A program made the translations under genes and the position numbers. Below the pieces are notes generated by a model. It had not been told where the DNA came from. It did no database searches and saw only the letters and a list, made by a program, of their open reading frames with translations. From Chiloscyllium plagiosum (Eukaryota), in assembly GCF_004010195.1 (NCBI RefSeq), contig NC_057719.1, forward strand, positions 82,985,324 to 83,049,323: a stretch of 64,000 nt of DNA, in the 5' to 3' direction. This document shows, in pieces, positions 1 to 12,427 of this stretch. How positions within the stretch are numbered: position 1 is the first letter of the stretch; each line of letters opens with the position of its first letter.

Positions 1-470
1 CCCCCCTTCCCTATTTAAGAGAGAGAACTTTTTGCTGTTGCTTTGTGAGTCGTGGTAACTGTTGGTAATGTGGTTTTAATTGGAGACCGCTAATGCACGT
101 CCCTCTTTAAGGGGGAACTGCCCTGTTTGGGGGAAGGCTGTCTCGGTAACAGTGCGCAGTTCAGTCCGTCGTGGTCCTTCAGGCTGCCTGATGTGTTTCG
201 AGGACAGTCACACCTAAGAGTGAGGTGCTGCATGATTTCCAAGCACATGCAGTGATAATTCACTCTTGTTCTGTCGTTTTCAATCCAACGAGCAGACACA
301 TCCTGGATGCGGAGTATTGGGTAGAGCCTCTGTTCTGGGGGGGGGGGCACTGTGGTTGGGCCATCATTACCCACACGATACACTCGCTGGGCAGGGGAAT
401 TGCATTGGCACCACGATCCGAGGCCCGTTCCTTGCCTCTTGCTGTGCACCAATTGTTGTTTCTTGTTCAG

Positions 471-586
471 TCCTGCCAGCCAAGCCCATCAAGGTGAGAG
501 TTAGCGACGAGACTGCCGCCAACGTCAGCATCAGTTGGACTGTCACCTTCGATGGCTTCTCGAAGCTGCAGAACTGCACAGCTCAG
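471..586 (+). CDS. TYRO3: TYRO3-like exon, first half of FNIII domain 1 (VLPAKPIKVRVSDETAANVSISWTVTFDGFSKLQNCTAQ)
   Basis: Acceptor ttgttcag|T at 470 and donor CAG|gtacgt at 587; 116 nt, phase 1 to 0. P..P..V....V.ISW FNIII pattern, similar to the corresponding TYRO3 exon. Confidence 0.9.
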
Positions 587-799
587 GTACGTTCAGACAC
601 GCCCCGCAGCAGAGTTCAGATAAAACTGGTTCCCTTTGGACGTAATGGGCAAGATTTTAACACCTTCAAATGTCACCTGCTGACACAGAGTTAAGATCAG
701 GCGAGTTAGAAAGCAAGCTGATCCCTTCTTTTATGTAGAACGGTGCGGATTCAAAATAACACCACAACCATTCAGAGCAACCGGTTGATGTGATCATAA

Positions 800-1110
800 G
801 ATTAGATTAGATTCCCTACAGTGTGGAAACAGGCCCTTTGGCCCAACAAGTCCACACCGGCCCTCCGAAGAGAAACCCACCCCCCTCTATTTACCCCTGA
901 CTAATCCACCTAACACTACGGGCAATTTAGCATGGCCAATTCACCTAACCTGCACATCTTTGTGACAGTGGGAGGAAACCGGAGGAAACCCACGCAGACA
1001 CGGGGAGATTGTACAAACTCCCACACAGAAAGTTCCCCGAGGTGGGAATTGAACCCTGGTCCCTAGCGCTGTGAGGTAGCAGTGCTAACCACTGAGCCAT
1101 CATGTCGCCC
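800..1110 (-). mobile_element. tRNA-derived V-SINE (HE1-like)
   Basis: Reverse complement has a tRNA-like head (ggctcagtggttagcactgct...ggttcaattccc), the V-domain and an (aatct)n tail. Confidence 0.85.
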
Positions 1111-2409
1111 ACTTTACTCCCAGCTCACTTTGTCAAACTTTACTCAAAATATCCTGACACTCCAAACTCCTTTGAATATTTCACTTGTTTCCCCCTTAAA
1201 CCTATTCATTCCCTGTGGTAATAAGTTCCACATTGCTACCCCCCCACCCCCCCGAGCAACAGAACTACAGAATTATTATGGTGCATCAGAGGCCATCATG
1301 AACAAATTCCTGTTTGATTCTCACTGGGTTTATTAGTGAGTCTTTTAGAAATGTCATTCAACGTTGCCCTGTTTAACAGCGCTTTGATTTAGCGCCATTA
1401 AGTTCAGAGAATCTGTAACCTCGGGTAACACATCAGACTCACTTTACTGTCACTTGCGAGCCTCGCAGCGCCTCCCCCTGCCTGACCCTTGGAGGTGCAC
1501 CGCCAGTGTCGCCAGCTTCAAAATGGCCCTCTGCCTGCTTGCCTCTTCGAGAACATTCAGTCCCTAGCCTGGACAACAGCTCGTCAATCACTCATTTGGG
1601 CTCGTGAACAAGGATTTTCCAATCCGCGAGCCCTTTGTCTCTGTCGGATTTTCAGGCAGGCAGTGTTTCTTCCGCCACGGTGTGGGAGCGCAGCTGCCGT
1701 TGTTGCCTCCTGGGCGTCAGCGCCCAGTTTCTCCCCGCTCCCAGCCTGCCGAGTGTGGAAGCTGCTGTTGGCTCGGAGTTAAAAACCCAGCTGCAGCTGC
1801 TGCTCCTCAAAGGAGCAGGGTCTTACCTCACACGGGAAGCTCTTGGACAAGTCAGGGGTCAGGAGCTTCTGCAGTGACACTAGTATCTGTTTATTTTGTC
1901 GTGAGTGCTACGTGCATTCTGATAGTTTTGCCTTTCTGTTTTCTTTATAATGTTGCTTGTTGGTGTACTCCGAGGTTAGTTTTCCCTCTCTGCTCCTTCC
2001 TGCCATCTCTAACCCTCGTATCCCACAATCCTGTTCTCCTCTCGGACCTTGTCTCTATTCTTTGATATACCCCACATCATTCCCTCGCCCACGCTAGTTT
2101 AGTATATTCTCACTTTCCCCCGATTTCTGTGGTTGGCAAGATCAAGTGTCGATTGTCCCAAAGGTACATCCTGCTCTTGCCCCTGAATTGGAATCCACTT
2201 CTCCCATACAAGTGTTTGAGCTACACTTTCATCTCTCTTTTACTTTGATGTACCCTGCGCCAACTTGCACAAGACTGAGCTAATGATCCAGAGATTATAA
2301 ATGCTGCAGTGTTGCTTTCCATTTCGTGTTGCGTTTGACATGCTCTGTATGCGGAGCCCCTCAACTTACACCATTGGTATCTACGTGAACCACAACAGAC
2401 CCTGGCATC

Positions 2410-2710
2410 AGGAAGGCAACACAGTTGCCTCGCCCCTCGCTCTTCGGTGCCTCCTAGTGTCTGTGTGGGTTCCTTCCGGCTGCTCCGGTTTCCTCCCACA
2501 ATCCAAAGATGTGCACATTAGGTGGATTGGCCTAAATTGCCTCAAAGTGTTCAGAGATGTGCAGGCTGGGTGGGTTAACCATGGGAGATGCAGAATTACA
2601 GGGAAAGGGTGGGGGCTGGGGGTGGTTCTGGGAGGGATGCTGTCTGGAGGATTGGTTGAATTCAATGGGTTGAATGGTCTGCTTCCACACTATAGGGGTT
2701 CTATGATTCT
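2410..2710 (+). mobile_element. V-SINE (HE1-like), degraded
   Basis: V-domain gtgtctgtgtgggttccttccggctgctccggtttcctcccacaatccaaagatgtgc and ttctatgattcta tail. Confidence 0.75.
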
Positions 2711-2719
2711 AACAGAGCC

Positions 2720-3170
2720 AATCCCCATCACTATATTATCACCTACTAATACTACTGCATTCTTTGCTGCTCCCTACACCTGTGCCACAGCCAGTTTGTA
2801 CATCTATCCCGCAGTCCTGGATCTCATCCAAACAAGCTCAGAGAACCTTAAAGCTATCGGACTATTGCAGAGCCTGACTGTGCTGCACCTCTGGGTTCCC
2901 TAACCTGCCCTACTCTTCTCCCCCGACCACACAGCAGATCCTGTCCCATCCTTACTGGTGTGACTGCCTCCTGGTACAAAGGTCCAGGTATCTCTCCCCC
3001 TCCCTAATGCCAGTGTCTGTCGTTCAGCCTCCAGCTCATAAACCCTGACCCAAAGCTGCTCAGCCTTCCAACATCAACCACAGACACGTTTGCCTGGATC
3101 ATAACGGCATCCAGGAGCTCCCATATACTACAGTCTTGACGCATCACCTGTTCTGCCATTCTGAATGAGT
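2720..3170 (-). mobile_element. CR1-type LINE ORF1 5' fragment
   Basis: Minus-strand patched reading ..DCSIWELLDAV..RVCG*C...QLWVRVYELEAERQTL resembles the CR1 ORF1 zinc finger plus coiled coil. Confidence 0.55.
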
Positions 3171-3599
3171 TTTGTGAAGTATTTAATTCACTAGTTTATG
3201 TTGCTTTTTATTAACCAGACCTCCTGTTTGTATAATATGTTATATTTTAAGAATAGAATAGACCTTAACCACTTAATGTTCTATTTTGTTTTAGCCATCT
3301 TTATAGATTTCTAATGTTTTCTCCTGGTTTACCACTGAGGTTCCCAGCATTTTTAATCTTTTACCTTGATTCAACTCTATCCTCACCTTGGCTCGTTAGC
3401 CATAGATGGTGCATTCTTTTCCATCTAGTTTTTCTTTCTCGAACCAACAACCTGGTTATGCTTGTGATGTCTGAGTTCTCTCAATACCAAAACTGATCAG
3501 TTTCTTCCTGAATTTGCTTCAGAAAATGCTAGGAGGTAGAGAAAATAGGAGCACCAGTAAGCCTTTCAGCCCTTCAATTGTGCTTAACCATTCAATAGA

Positions 3600-3850
3600 G
3601 TCATAGAACATTCCATTTTCCACACCTCAGCCCATTGGCCCATCTCATCAAGGTCCCGTTGTACTCTGAGGTAATATTCTTCACTGTCCACTTCACCACC
3701 TTTCTTGGTGTCATTGGCAAACCTAGTAACCATTCCTCCTACATTTACATCTAAATCATTCCTATAGGTGACAACAAAAACAGTGAACCCAGCACCAACC
3801 CTCGCAGCACACCACTGGTCACAGGCCTCCAGTCCAAAAAGCAAACCTCT
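3600..3850 (-). mobile_element. CR1/HER1 LINE RT fragment
   Basis: WRPVTSGV..G.VLG.L and NDLDVNVGGMVTRFANDTK (degenerate FADD). Confidence 0.85.
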
Positions 3851-3859
3851 ACTTCTTTT

Positions 3860-4620
3860 AAACCAGAGATAGAAACAGAAAAAGCCAAGACTCCCCCAAC
3901 ACTGCCCCCATCAGACACTCCCAGACAGGGCACGTGCACTACTGGTTTGAAACAGAAGTTACCTCGACTTCCCTAAACAAAAATGAGCTCTCTGTTACTT
4001 GAAGAGAAATAAAAGTAAGTAAATAAACACACACAAATTTGGTTCTCCCTTGACTATGACCCCACCATTCACTCCTAGGGCAGGGACCACAAGGAGCTAA
4101 AATGTAAAATAAACTGTCCTTCACACAATTAAAATCAAATTTTTGCTCCGTCCTCATCCAGGGACAGGGACAACAAGCGTTTCAAATGCACAGGCAGGCT
4201 CCTCTCCAGATAGGGATGGTCTGGAGTTTAAATGAAAGCCCCCTTTGGCTCTTCCCGGGATCCAAAATCAATACAAAAGATTAAAAAAGCGGCCCCTTTC
4301 CAGGTACAAAACCGAGAACAAGCACAGACATTTAAAAAACATCACATGGCAACTTGCGCTAGTCAAAATTTCATTACTCAACCTGATGATGCCCTCCAAG
4401 CCGCCCCCCCCCGGCACCCATTGTTCATGAAAGGCCTCCACCGTACCGCTCAGCATTGCCTGTTTCAGGGACACCCGAGCACAGATCTAATCCGGAGAGG
4501 GGCAGAAAGAACTGATGAGCCCCTCTTAGGCTCACTGCCTGGACCTGTTCTTGGCCAGATTGGCCATGCCCTGGGGCAAAACCATGAGAGGGTTCTGAGA
4601 TTTGTCTGCCCGTCCACCCC
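3860..4620 (-). mobile_element. Tx1/L1-clade LINE 3' end (ORF2 C-terminus plus 3'UTR)
   Basis: Minus-strand peptides GMANLAKNRSRQ and VSLKQAMLSGTVEAFHEQW.P.G resemble the Tx1 ORF2 C-terminus. Confidence 0.55.
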
Positions 4621-4622
4621 AC

Positions 4623-4804
4623 ACTGGTACAGAGTGTGAGACGGTGTCAGTGAGGGAGGGACTGGTACAGAGTGTGAGACGGTGTCAGTGAGGGAGGGCC
4701 TGTACAGAGTGTGAGACGGTGTCAGTGAGGGAGGGACTGGTACAGAGTGTGAGACGGTGTCAGTGAGGGAGGGACAGGTACAGAGTGTGAGACGGTGTCA
4801 GTGA
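4623..4804. repeat. 38-bp minisatellite, ~4.8 copies
   Basis: Unit actggtacagagtgtgagacggtgtcagtgagggaggg, starting at 4623, 4661, ~4699, 4736 and ~4774. Confidence 0.95.
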
Positions 4805-4949
4805 GAGTGGAGCAGTTTTGGAGTGTACTAAATAACACTAGAAGCCTGCTATTCCTTCCAACATTGCTGAACTGGAAACAGTGTATTAGTTGAGTATAAT
4901 CTAACAAGATTATGTGAACTTGTGTATCTGTGTCTCTCTCTCTTGTTAG

Positions 4950-5145
4950 GTTTCTGATCCCAACAAGGTAGATGCTCGGACAAAATCCAACATCTCCTTT
5001 GAGAGGACCTTCAGTGTGCCACCATACAGATACGTCATCAGTGGCCTGAAGCCTTTCACATCCTATGGTGTTAGACTCATGTGCAGCAATGAAGTTGGGC
5101 AATCTGAATTCACCGACTGGATCCATTTCCAAACATCTGAAGCAG
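4950..5145 (+). CDS. TYRO3: TYRO3-like exon, second half of FNIII domain 1 (VSDPNKVDARTKSNISFERTFSVPPYRYVISGLKPFTSYGVRLMCSNEVGQSEFTDWIHFQTSEA)
   Basis: Pyrimidine tract plus ttag acceptor at 4949, donor gtacgg at 5146; 196 nt, phase 0 to 1. FNIII signature GLKPFTSY.VRL.C.N.VG.S...W. Confidence 0.92.
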
Positions 5146-5249
5146 GTACGGTCATCCACGATCATGCGTGAGGCTGCGACTCAGTGGTTTCTACAGTTAC
5201 TGGGTTGTTCCAAGCTTAATATTTTCATTTATTAGCTGCAGCACATAGC

Positions 5250-7140
5250 GAGATGATTACTGAGTTGTGGCTGCAGGCTGATCGAGATTAGGACTTTGTA
5301 CATTGAAGGATATGTGACATTTAGGAAGGAGAGGACGTTCGGAAAGGGTGGAGGAGTGGCTATGTAAATTAAAGATGATGTTAGCACAATAGAGAGGAAT
5401 GACCTAAATTCAGGAAGCAGATGAGAGAGGTTTAATTGCTGGTCTCAAAGTGGAAATAGCTAATGTAATTTCTTTCGTGAAAAAGGGAGGGAGGCAGAAA
5501 GCAAACTACAGGCCAGTTAGCTTAACAACTGTCAATGTTAGAAGCTCTTAGTAAAGATGTTATAATGGGCACTTGGAGAGCACAATACAATACAGCAGAG
5601 GAACAGGCCCTTCGGCCCACCAAGCCAAGTTAAGTGCAGGATAATCAGGCAGAGCCTATGTGGTCTTGTCAGAGACCTTTTTAATTAATCCTTTTTACTT
5701 AACTCATTGAAGTTTTTTGAGGAAGTAACTTGTGCTATAGATAAAGGGAAACCTGTGGATATATGTAATTCAGTTTCCAGAAGACATTTGATAAGGGTGC
5801 TGCTTCAAAGATTATTACAGAATTTGCAAGTTCATGGCGTAGGAGGGGGAATATATTTCTAACAGGAAGTAGAGAGGAGGATTGAATGGGTCTTTTTCAG
5901 GCTGTCAGGATGCCAGGAGTAGTGTGCCACAGTGTTTGGTGCTGGGGCCTAATCTTTACAATTCATATAGTGATATGGATGAAGGGTATTGAAACATAAT
6001 CTGCTGATGATGGAAAGATAGGTAGGAAAGTGAGCTGTGAGGAAACACATGGAATCCACAAAGAGATCCTTCTTAAGTCACTGTAGCCCCAAAGATCAAT
6101 AGGGCTGCTCTCTCATTAAAGAGGGAGAGAGAGAGACAACTGGTGGTGGTTTAACCTGAGGGTCACCTTGCCTCAGGCAAAGGGGAGAGGTTGAGAAGGA
6201 GAGTCCATCATGGTAACCTCAACCGGTGATGGGAATCAACCCACGCTGTTGGGAAACACTCCCCATTGCAAACCAGCCAACTGAGCAAACTGACTCCCAC
6301 AGATAGATATGAGTGGACAATGATCTCACAAATGGAGTATTATGTGGGAATGTGTGAAATTGTCAGTTTAGCAGAAAGAATAAAAAAGGAAGCATATTAT
6401 CAAAATGCTGAGAGGTTTCAGAGCTCTGAGATGCAGAGAGATCTGGGTGTCGTAGTGTATAAATCACAAGCAGGTTAGTATGCGGGAGCAACAAGTAATC
6501 AGGAAAGCTTGTTATGGTTTGTTGTAAAGGGAATTTAAATAAGAATAAGGTTATGCTTTAGTTAAATATGATGAACATTACGTCGCATTGGTGAGAGATT
6601 GCATCTGGACTACTGCATTCAGTACTTGTACTTATGGAAGGATGTTCATGAATTGGAAGCAGTTCTGAGAAGGTAAACTCGACTACCACTTGAAATTAGT
6701 GGATTGCCTTATGAGGTAAGGCTAGACAAAGCAGACCTTTATCCTGTTGAATTTAAAAGAATCAGAGGTAACTCAATTGAAACATATAACATCCTGAGGG
6801 GACTTCACCAGGTGGATGTTGAAAGCATGTTTCCTCTTTTGGGAGAATCTACATCTAGGGGGTCATAGTTTAAAACTAAGGGGCACTCATTGAAAATAGA
6901 GTTGAGGAAACATTTTTTTTCTGAGGGTTTAAAGTCTTTGGAATTCCCTTCCTCAAAAGTGAATGCAGAATCTTTAAATATTTTTAAGGCTGAAATAGAT
7001 TCTTGATTATCAAGGTGTGGGAAAGATTGTTGGGGATGTGCAGGAATGTAGAGTTAATGTTAGAATTAGATCAATCATGATTGTTGAATGGAGGGGCAAG
7101 CTCAAAGGGCTGAGTGGCCTACTCTAATTGGTATGTGCTT
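5250..7140 (+). mobile_element. Old CR1-type LINE ORF2 remnant with nested SINE-like insert (~6070-6300)
   Basis: Degraded endonuclease/RT motifs (ggtggaggagtggc, aactacaggccagttagcttaac, tttgataagg) and CR1 3' end. Confidence 0.75.
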
Positions 7141-7467
7141 GTGTTCACAAGGCCTTGGGGGGCACTGGCCTCACTCTGAGTTACAGCTCCCCCTTCACTG
7201 ACATTGCTGTCATTTATTGTCCATCTCAAATTGTCCTTGAGAGGGGTGGTGGAGCCACCTTCTTCTGTGTGACTGAGTGACTTGACCAGGCCATTTCAAA
7301 GGTCAGGTAAGAATCAATCATCATCGATATGCCAGACCAGCTACAGGTGGCAGATTCCCATCCCTTAAGGATGTGGGTGAACCTGATATTTGTTTTTGAA
7401 CAACAGTCACATTTAGTGACATTTGTTTGTTTTTCTTCTGTGTTTCATTCAAATTTTCCAACTGCCA

Positions 7468-7800
7468 CAGCACGGTGGCTCAGTGGTTAGCACGGCTGCC
7501 TCACAGCGCCAGGGACCCGGGTTCGATTCCAGCCTCGGGCAACCGTCTGTGTGGAGTTTGCACATTCTCCCCGTCTCTGTGTGGGTTTCCTCCCGGTGCT
7601 CCGGTTTTCCTCCAGCAGTCCAAAGATGTGCAGGTTAGGTGGACTGGCCATGCTAAGTTGCCCATAGTGTCCGGGGATTAGCCATGGGAAATGTAGGGTT
7701 ACTGGGATAGGGGAGGGGGTTTGGATCTGGATGGGACGCTGTTCAGAGGGCTGTTGTAGACTCAGTGGGCTAAATGGCCAGCTTCCACTGCAGGGATTCT
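7468..7800 (+). mobile_element. V-SINE (HE1-like), near full length
   Basis: A box cacggtggctcagtggttag, B box gggttcgattcc, V-domain, tail. Confidence 0.9.
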
Positions 7801-7852
7801 GGACCCAGTATCACTCTCTCAATCACGAATACAGGCTTCTGGTTTATGAGTC

Positions 7853-8052
7853 GTTAAGTGTGGTGCTGGAAAAACACAGCCAGTCGAGGAGCAGGAGAGT
7901 CAACATTTTGAGCGTAAGCGCACATTCCTGATGAAAAGCTTATGCTCGAAATATCATTTCTCCTGCTCCTTGGATGCTGCCTGGCCTGCTCTGCTTTTCC
8001 AGCAACACACTTTTCGACTCTGATTTCTAGCATCTGCAGCCCTCGATTTCTC
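7853..8052. mobile_element. Penelope-derived palindromic element, family A
   Basis: Inverted arms gctggaaaaacacagc...gctgcctggcctgctctgcttttccagc; imperfect TSD cttctggttt..gagtc; degenerate CTGATGA...GAAA core at 7928. Confidence 0.7.
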
Positions 8053-8369
8053 CTTCTGGTTTGAGAGTCCAGTTCCATAAATTGTGCCACTCTCCCAGAA
8101 TAGTTTTGGAAGTTGAGTTGAGTTCAATCGGTCAGTTTTCTCTGTGGGTGAGCTAATCCCAAAAGAAAAGTCAAATTTAGCCTTTCATGACCTCGGGGTG
8201 TCTCAAAGCGATTTTTCATACCGATGAAACACTCTTGAAGTGTGGATACTGTTGCCATCATAAACGTTGACATCACAGAGTGAGGCCATTAGGCCCATAC
8301 TATCCGTATAGATTGCCCACAGGAGCAAGTGAACTGCTCCCACTTCCCAGCCTGTCATTCAGTGAATCT

Positions 8370-8625
8370 TTCCTTAAAGGGACCTGAGGGGCACCTTTTT
8401 CACACAGAGGTGGTTCGTGTGCAGAATGTACTGTCAGAGGAAGTGGTGGATCCAGATACAGTTGCCACATTTAAAAGTCATGTAGGTAGGTGCATGAATA
8501 GGAAAGGTTTAGAGTGATATGGGCCCTCATATGCAGGCAAATGGGACTGACTTAGTTTGGGAAACGTGGTCGGCATGGACAAGTTGGACCGAAGGGTCTG
8601 TTTCCGTGCTGTATGACTCTATGAC
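8370..8625 (+). mobile_element. CR1/HER1 LINE 3' end
   Basis: ggaccgaagggtctgtttccgtgctgtatgactctatga terminus. Confidence 0.85.
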
Positions 8626-8689
8626 CTCACTCTCCAGTTTTGCATTCCAGATCCTAACCACTCGGTGCAGGGAACTGGGTAACCAATCC

Positions 8690-8990
8690 ATTGCACAGCA
8701 AGCTCCCACAGACAGCGAGGTAGCTATAATTTATTTATGTGGATCTAGGGATGGTTTGGTTTTCAGGAGACATAAACTGATCTTCTTCAGCTAGAGCCAA
8801 GGGGTCTTTTACATCCGTGAGAGAGGGCAGGCAGGGGTTAATGACTCATTCAATATAACCCTTTTATCAGTGTGACTCTCCCTCAGGACTGCACTGGGAG
8901 TATTAGCCTAACCATGGTGGTCTAGTCTCTGGAATGCAATTAGAGTGGTTTAAGTAGTCAAGTAGTTTACTGACTAAGCCACAACTTACA
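8690..8990 (-). mobile_element. DeuSINE (SacSINE1/AmnSINE1-like) remnant
   Basis: Reverse complement contains cagtgcagtcctgagggagagtcacactg...ggatgtaaaagacccc, similar to the Deu domain as remembered. Confidence 0.5.
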
Positions 8991-9715
8991 CCCAATTTGG
9001 TATCATTGACAGGTCCTGATGTTGTGTGATAGGGTAAAGTGAGAGAGATGGAAAATAGCCTGTCGACTCACTATCACGTGCTTGGCACAATCACACAAAG
9101 TCTTTCCCAATGTGTTTACAGTAGCATTGTCACTGATAACTGTCCTCACGTTGCAAAGTTTTATCGAGACCTTAGGACTCTTGTAGTGACCTTGCATCAA
9201 GGTCAGAAAACTCCACGTTCAAGTATCACCTGTCCCAGGGTATGACACATCACGTCTGAACAGGTTGATTAAAAATACCCAGGCTTTTCCAACCGTTACT
9301 TAGTTCTTGATATCTTGTTATCATTTCCACTGCCTTTAGCAATAGTTCTGAATGCTCCTCTTTAATTAGCTCCAATGTATGGGTTAATATAGGCAACAGT
9401 AACACCGACAGCAACAGTGAGGCCAGGGTCTGTTCTGCAGTCAGGTTCAGGGTAACAGGTTTAGGATATTGACCGATACAGATGCAAGGCAGGGAAATGG
9501 AGTTAAAAAGCACTGAAAAGGCTGAGGGAGCTCTTGTGGTGCAACCTCTGAGTCCGGAGAACGAGGTTCAAGTCCCGGCTGCTCCAGAGATGTGCTTCAC
9601 AACACCCCCCGAGCAGCTGGGCCAGTATCCACTTGAGAAGCTGAATGGCCTCCTCCTGCTCCAGTTTGTGCATTTGGTGCAGTTGAAACGTCGAAGAGGG
9701 TTATCCAGAAGGACT

Positions 9716-9867
9716 CGGAGATTTCAACCCCTCAGGGTAACAGGGGATGGTGATATAGCAGGGGCTATCACAATGGAGGGACGGGAATCCTGTCTAACAC
9801 GAGCCAACTGCATGGGCATCATTCCAGTTAGCTCTGAAAATGGCTAGGAGCACGGGAAACGGCAATG
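9716..9867 (+). pseudogene. Putative decayed pseudo-exon: first half of TYRO3 FNIII domain 2
   Basis: Frame-patched reading STPQ..TGDGDIAGAITME(W)TGILSNTSQLHGHHSS*L*KWLGARETAM aligns with the remembered human SAPQ...LEWEEVIPEAPLEGPLGPYKLSWVQDNGTQ. Stops at 9829 and 9835, at least 2 indels, no good splice sites. Confidence 0.45.
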
Positions 9868-10149
9868 TCTATGTGCTGAGAAGCATTTTGATTCAGCGGT
9901 TTACAACCGTGAAGGGTTGTGGTGCAGTAAATAAAGAATACTGTTTCCATTGGCTGAAGTGGCAAGAAGCAGTGTAGGTTTGATGGGCTGAGCGACCTCC
10001 TTCTGCACTGTAACAATTCCAGGAAGATTTAAAGTGATTGGCAAATGAAGGAGGCGACGTAAGATTAACCATTTTTAATACAACAAATGGTTTGGAGCTG
10101 GAATGCCCGCTGGGGTAGATATTTAGTTGTAGGCTTCCAAAGGCCATAA

Positions 10150-11270
10150 GATATAAGACCATAAAACATAAGGAGCAGAAATTAGGCCGTTCTGCCCATC
10201 GAGTCTGTTCCACAATTCAGTCAAGGCTGATAAGTTTCTTAACCCTGTTCTCCCACTTTCTCCCTGTAACCCTTGATCCCCTTGATAATCAAGAACCTAT
10301 CTATCTCAGTTTTCAATATACTCAATGACCCGGCCTCCACAGCCTTCTGTGGCAATGAATTCCATAGATTCACCACTCTCTGGCTGAAGAGGTTTCTCCT
10401 TATCTCTGTTCTAAAAAGTCTTCCCTTTACTCTAAGGCTGTGCACTTGAGTCCTCTTCTCTCCTACCAATGGAAACACCTTCCCAACATCCACTCTGTCC
10501 AGGCCATTCAGTATTCTGCATGTTTCAATTAGATTCCCCCTCATCCTTCTAAACTCCATCGAGTATAGACCCAGAGTCCTCAAATGTAACTCGTATGTTA
10601 AGCTTTTCATTCCTGGGACCATTCTCGTGAACCTCCTCTGATCACGCTCTGGGGCCTGTACATCCTTGCTGAGATATGGGACCCAAAACTGTGCAGAATG
10701 TTCCAAATGTGGTCTGACTAGAAGCTAAGAGAGCCTTCGAAGTACATCCCTGCTTTTGTATTCAAGTTCACTCAACGTAAATGCCATCATTGCATTTGCT
10801 TTCCTAACTACTGACCCGACCTGCAAGTTTACATTGAGAGAATGCCAAATTAGAACTCTCCAGTCTCTCTGCACTTTCTGAATTTTCTCCCCATTTCGAA
10901 AATAGTCCATGCCTCTATTTTTCCTGCCAAAGTGCATTACCTCACACCTTCCCACGCTGTACTCTGTCTGCCACTTCTTTGTCCACTCTCCTAACCTGTC
11001 CAAATCCTTCTGCAGCCTCCCCGCCTCCTCAATGCTGCTGTCCCTCTACCTATCTTTGTATTGTCTACAAATCTCGCCAGAATGCCCTCAGTTCCTTCAT
11101 CGAGATCGTTAATGTATAAAGTAATAAGTTGTGGTCCCAATACTGACCCTTCTGGAACACCACTTGTCATCAGCTGCCATCCTGAGAAGGACCCTTTTCG
11201 CCCCACTCTCTGCTTTCTGCCAGATAGCCAAGCTTCTATCCATGCTAGAACCCTGCCTCTAACACCATTG
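10150..11270 (-). mobile_element. CR1/HER1 LINE ORF2 3' portion, younger copy
   Basis: ORFs TSGVPEGSVLGPQLITLYINDLDEG..RFVDNTK, CEVMHFG and QFW.P....RRFTRMVPG; (cataaga)n tail. Confidence 0.92.
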
Positions 11271-11639
11271 GAGCAGAAAAAGACTATTCAGCCCGTCAAG
11301 TCTTTTCCACCATTCAATAAGATCATGATAATCTTCAACTTTCCTGCTTTTATTCCATCACTGATTAAAAAATCCCTCTTTCTCAGCATTGAATATACTT
11401 AGTGACCCAACCTCGACAGCCCTCTGCGTTAAAGAATTCCTCATATTCACTCCCCTCAGAAGGGAGAAAATTATTCTCATCTCTGTCTAAAATGGGTGAC
11501 CCTTCATTCTGAGGTTATGCCCTCTGATCCACAAGGAAAACCAACCTTTCTGCATGCACCCTGTCAAACTCCCTAAGAATCTTGTAGGTTTTGATAAGGT
11601 CATCTCTCATTCTCCTAAGCTCTCAATGACTACAAGCCC

Positions 11640-11745
11640 GAGATTCAAGATGGCGGTGACCCAGCAGGTCTGAGTTTGCAGGGCTCTGGCCAATACTCGG
11701 GAAATGTGGGGTGCCCACCCTTACCTCACCTGTTAAATTACTTAA
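11640..11745 (+). mobile_element. 106-bp insertion with 15-bp TSD and YY1 motif (possible LINE 5' end)
   Basis: TSD aatgactacaagccc at 11625-11639 and 11746-11760; caagatggcg at 11646-11655. Confidence 0.6.
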
Positions 11746-12427
11746 AATGACTACAAGCCCAACCTACTCAACACCTCCTCATGAGGAAACCCCTCCATAG
11801 CCAGGATCAACCTTGTGAACCTTCTCTAGACTGCAGCCAATGCCAGTATTTCTTTCCTTAAATAAAACTGTTGATAGTATTCCAGCTGTTGCCTGATTCA
11901 TGCCTTGTATAGTTTTAGCAAAATCTCCCTACTTTTATATTCCATTTCTTTTCATTCCATTTGCCTTCCCTATTACCAGTTGCACTTTGATGCTAACCTT
12001 TTTTGTGATTCATGAACGAGAACTCCCAAATTCCTTCTGTTCCACAGCTTTCTACAGTCTTTCTCCATTTAAATAATAGTCAGCTCCCCGATCTTCCTGC
12101 CAAAGTACATCACCTTACATTTTCCCATGTCATAATTCCATCTTTCAAAATTTGGCCCACTTGCTTAACTCGCCTGTATCCCTCTGTTGACTTTTTGTGT
12201 TATTACTATTTCCCTTCCCACCTATCTGTGTATCATCTGCAAACCTGGCTATAGTACATTCACTTCTGTCATTGAATATTGTAAATTATTATAGGCCCAG
12301 CACTGATCCCTGTGACACACCACTAGTTACAGGCTGCCATTCTGAAAATGCCCTCTTTATTCCAACTCTCTGTCTTTTAATAGTTAGCGAAACCAATATC
12401 CATTTCAATTTACTATCCCCAACAACA

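Noticed and set aside
1489..2903. Several 100-200 aa ORFs in the first intron
   Set aside because: Non-ATG starts, no recognisable domains, partly SINE-derived; likely chance ORFs.
4510..4540. ctgatgagcc...ggctc as a hammerhead
   Set aside because: No GAAA after the stem; it lies in the antisense of a LINE coding remnant.
7468..7540. tRNA gene-like sequence (also 45055, 57340)
   Set aside because: A/B boxes run directly into the V-SINE body, so these are SINE heads, not tRNAs.
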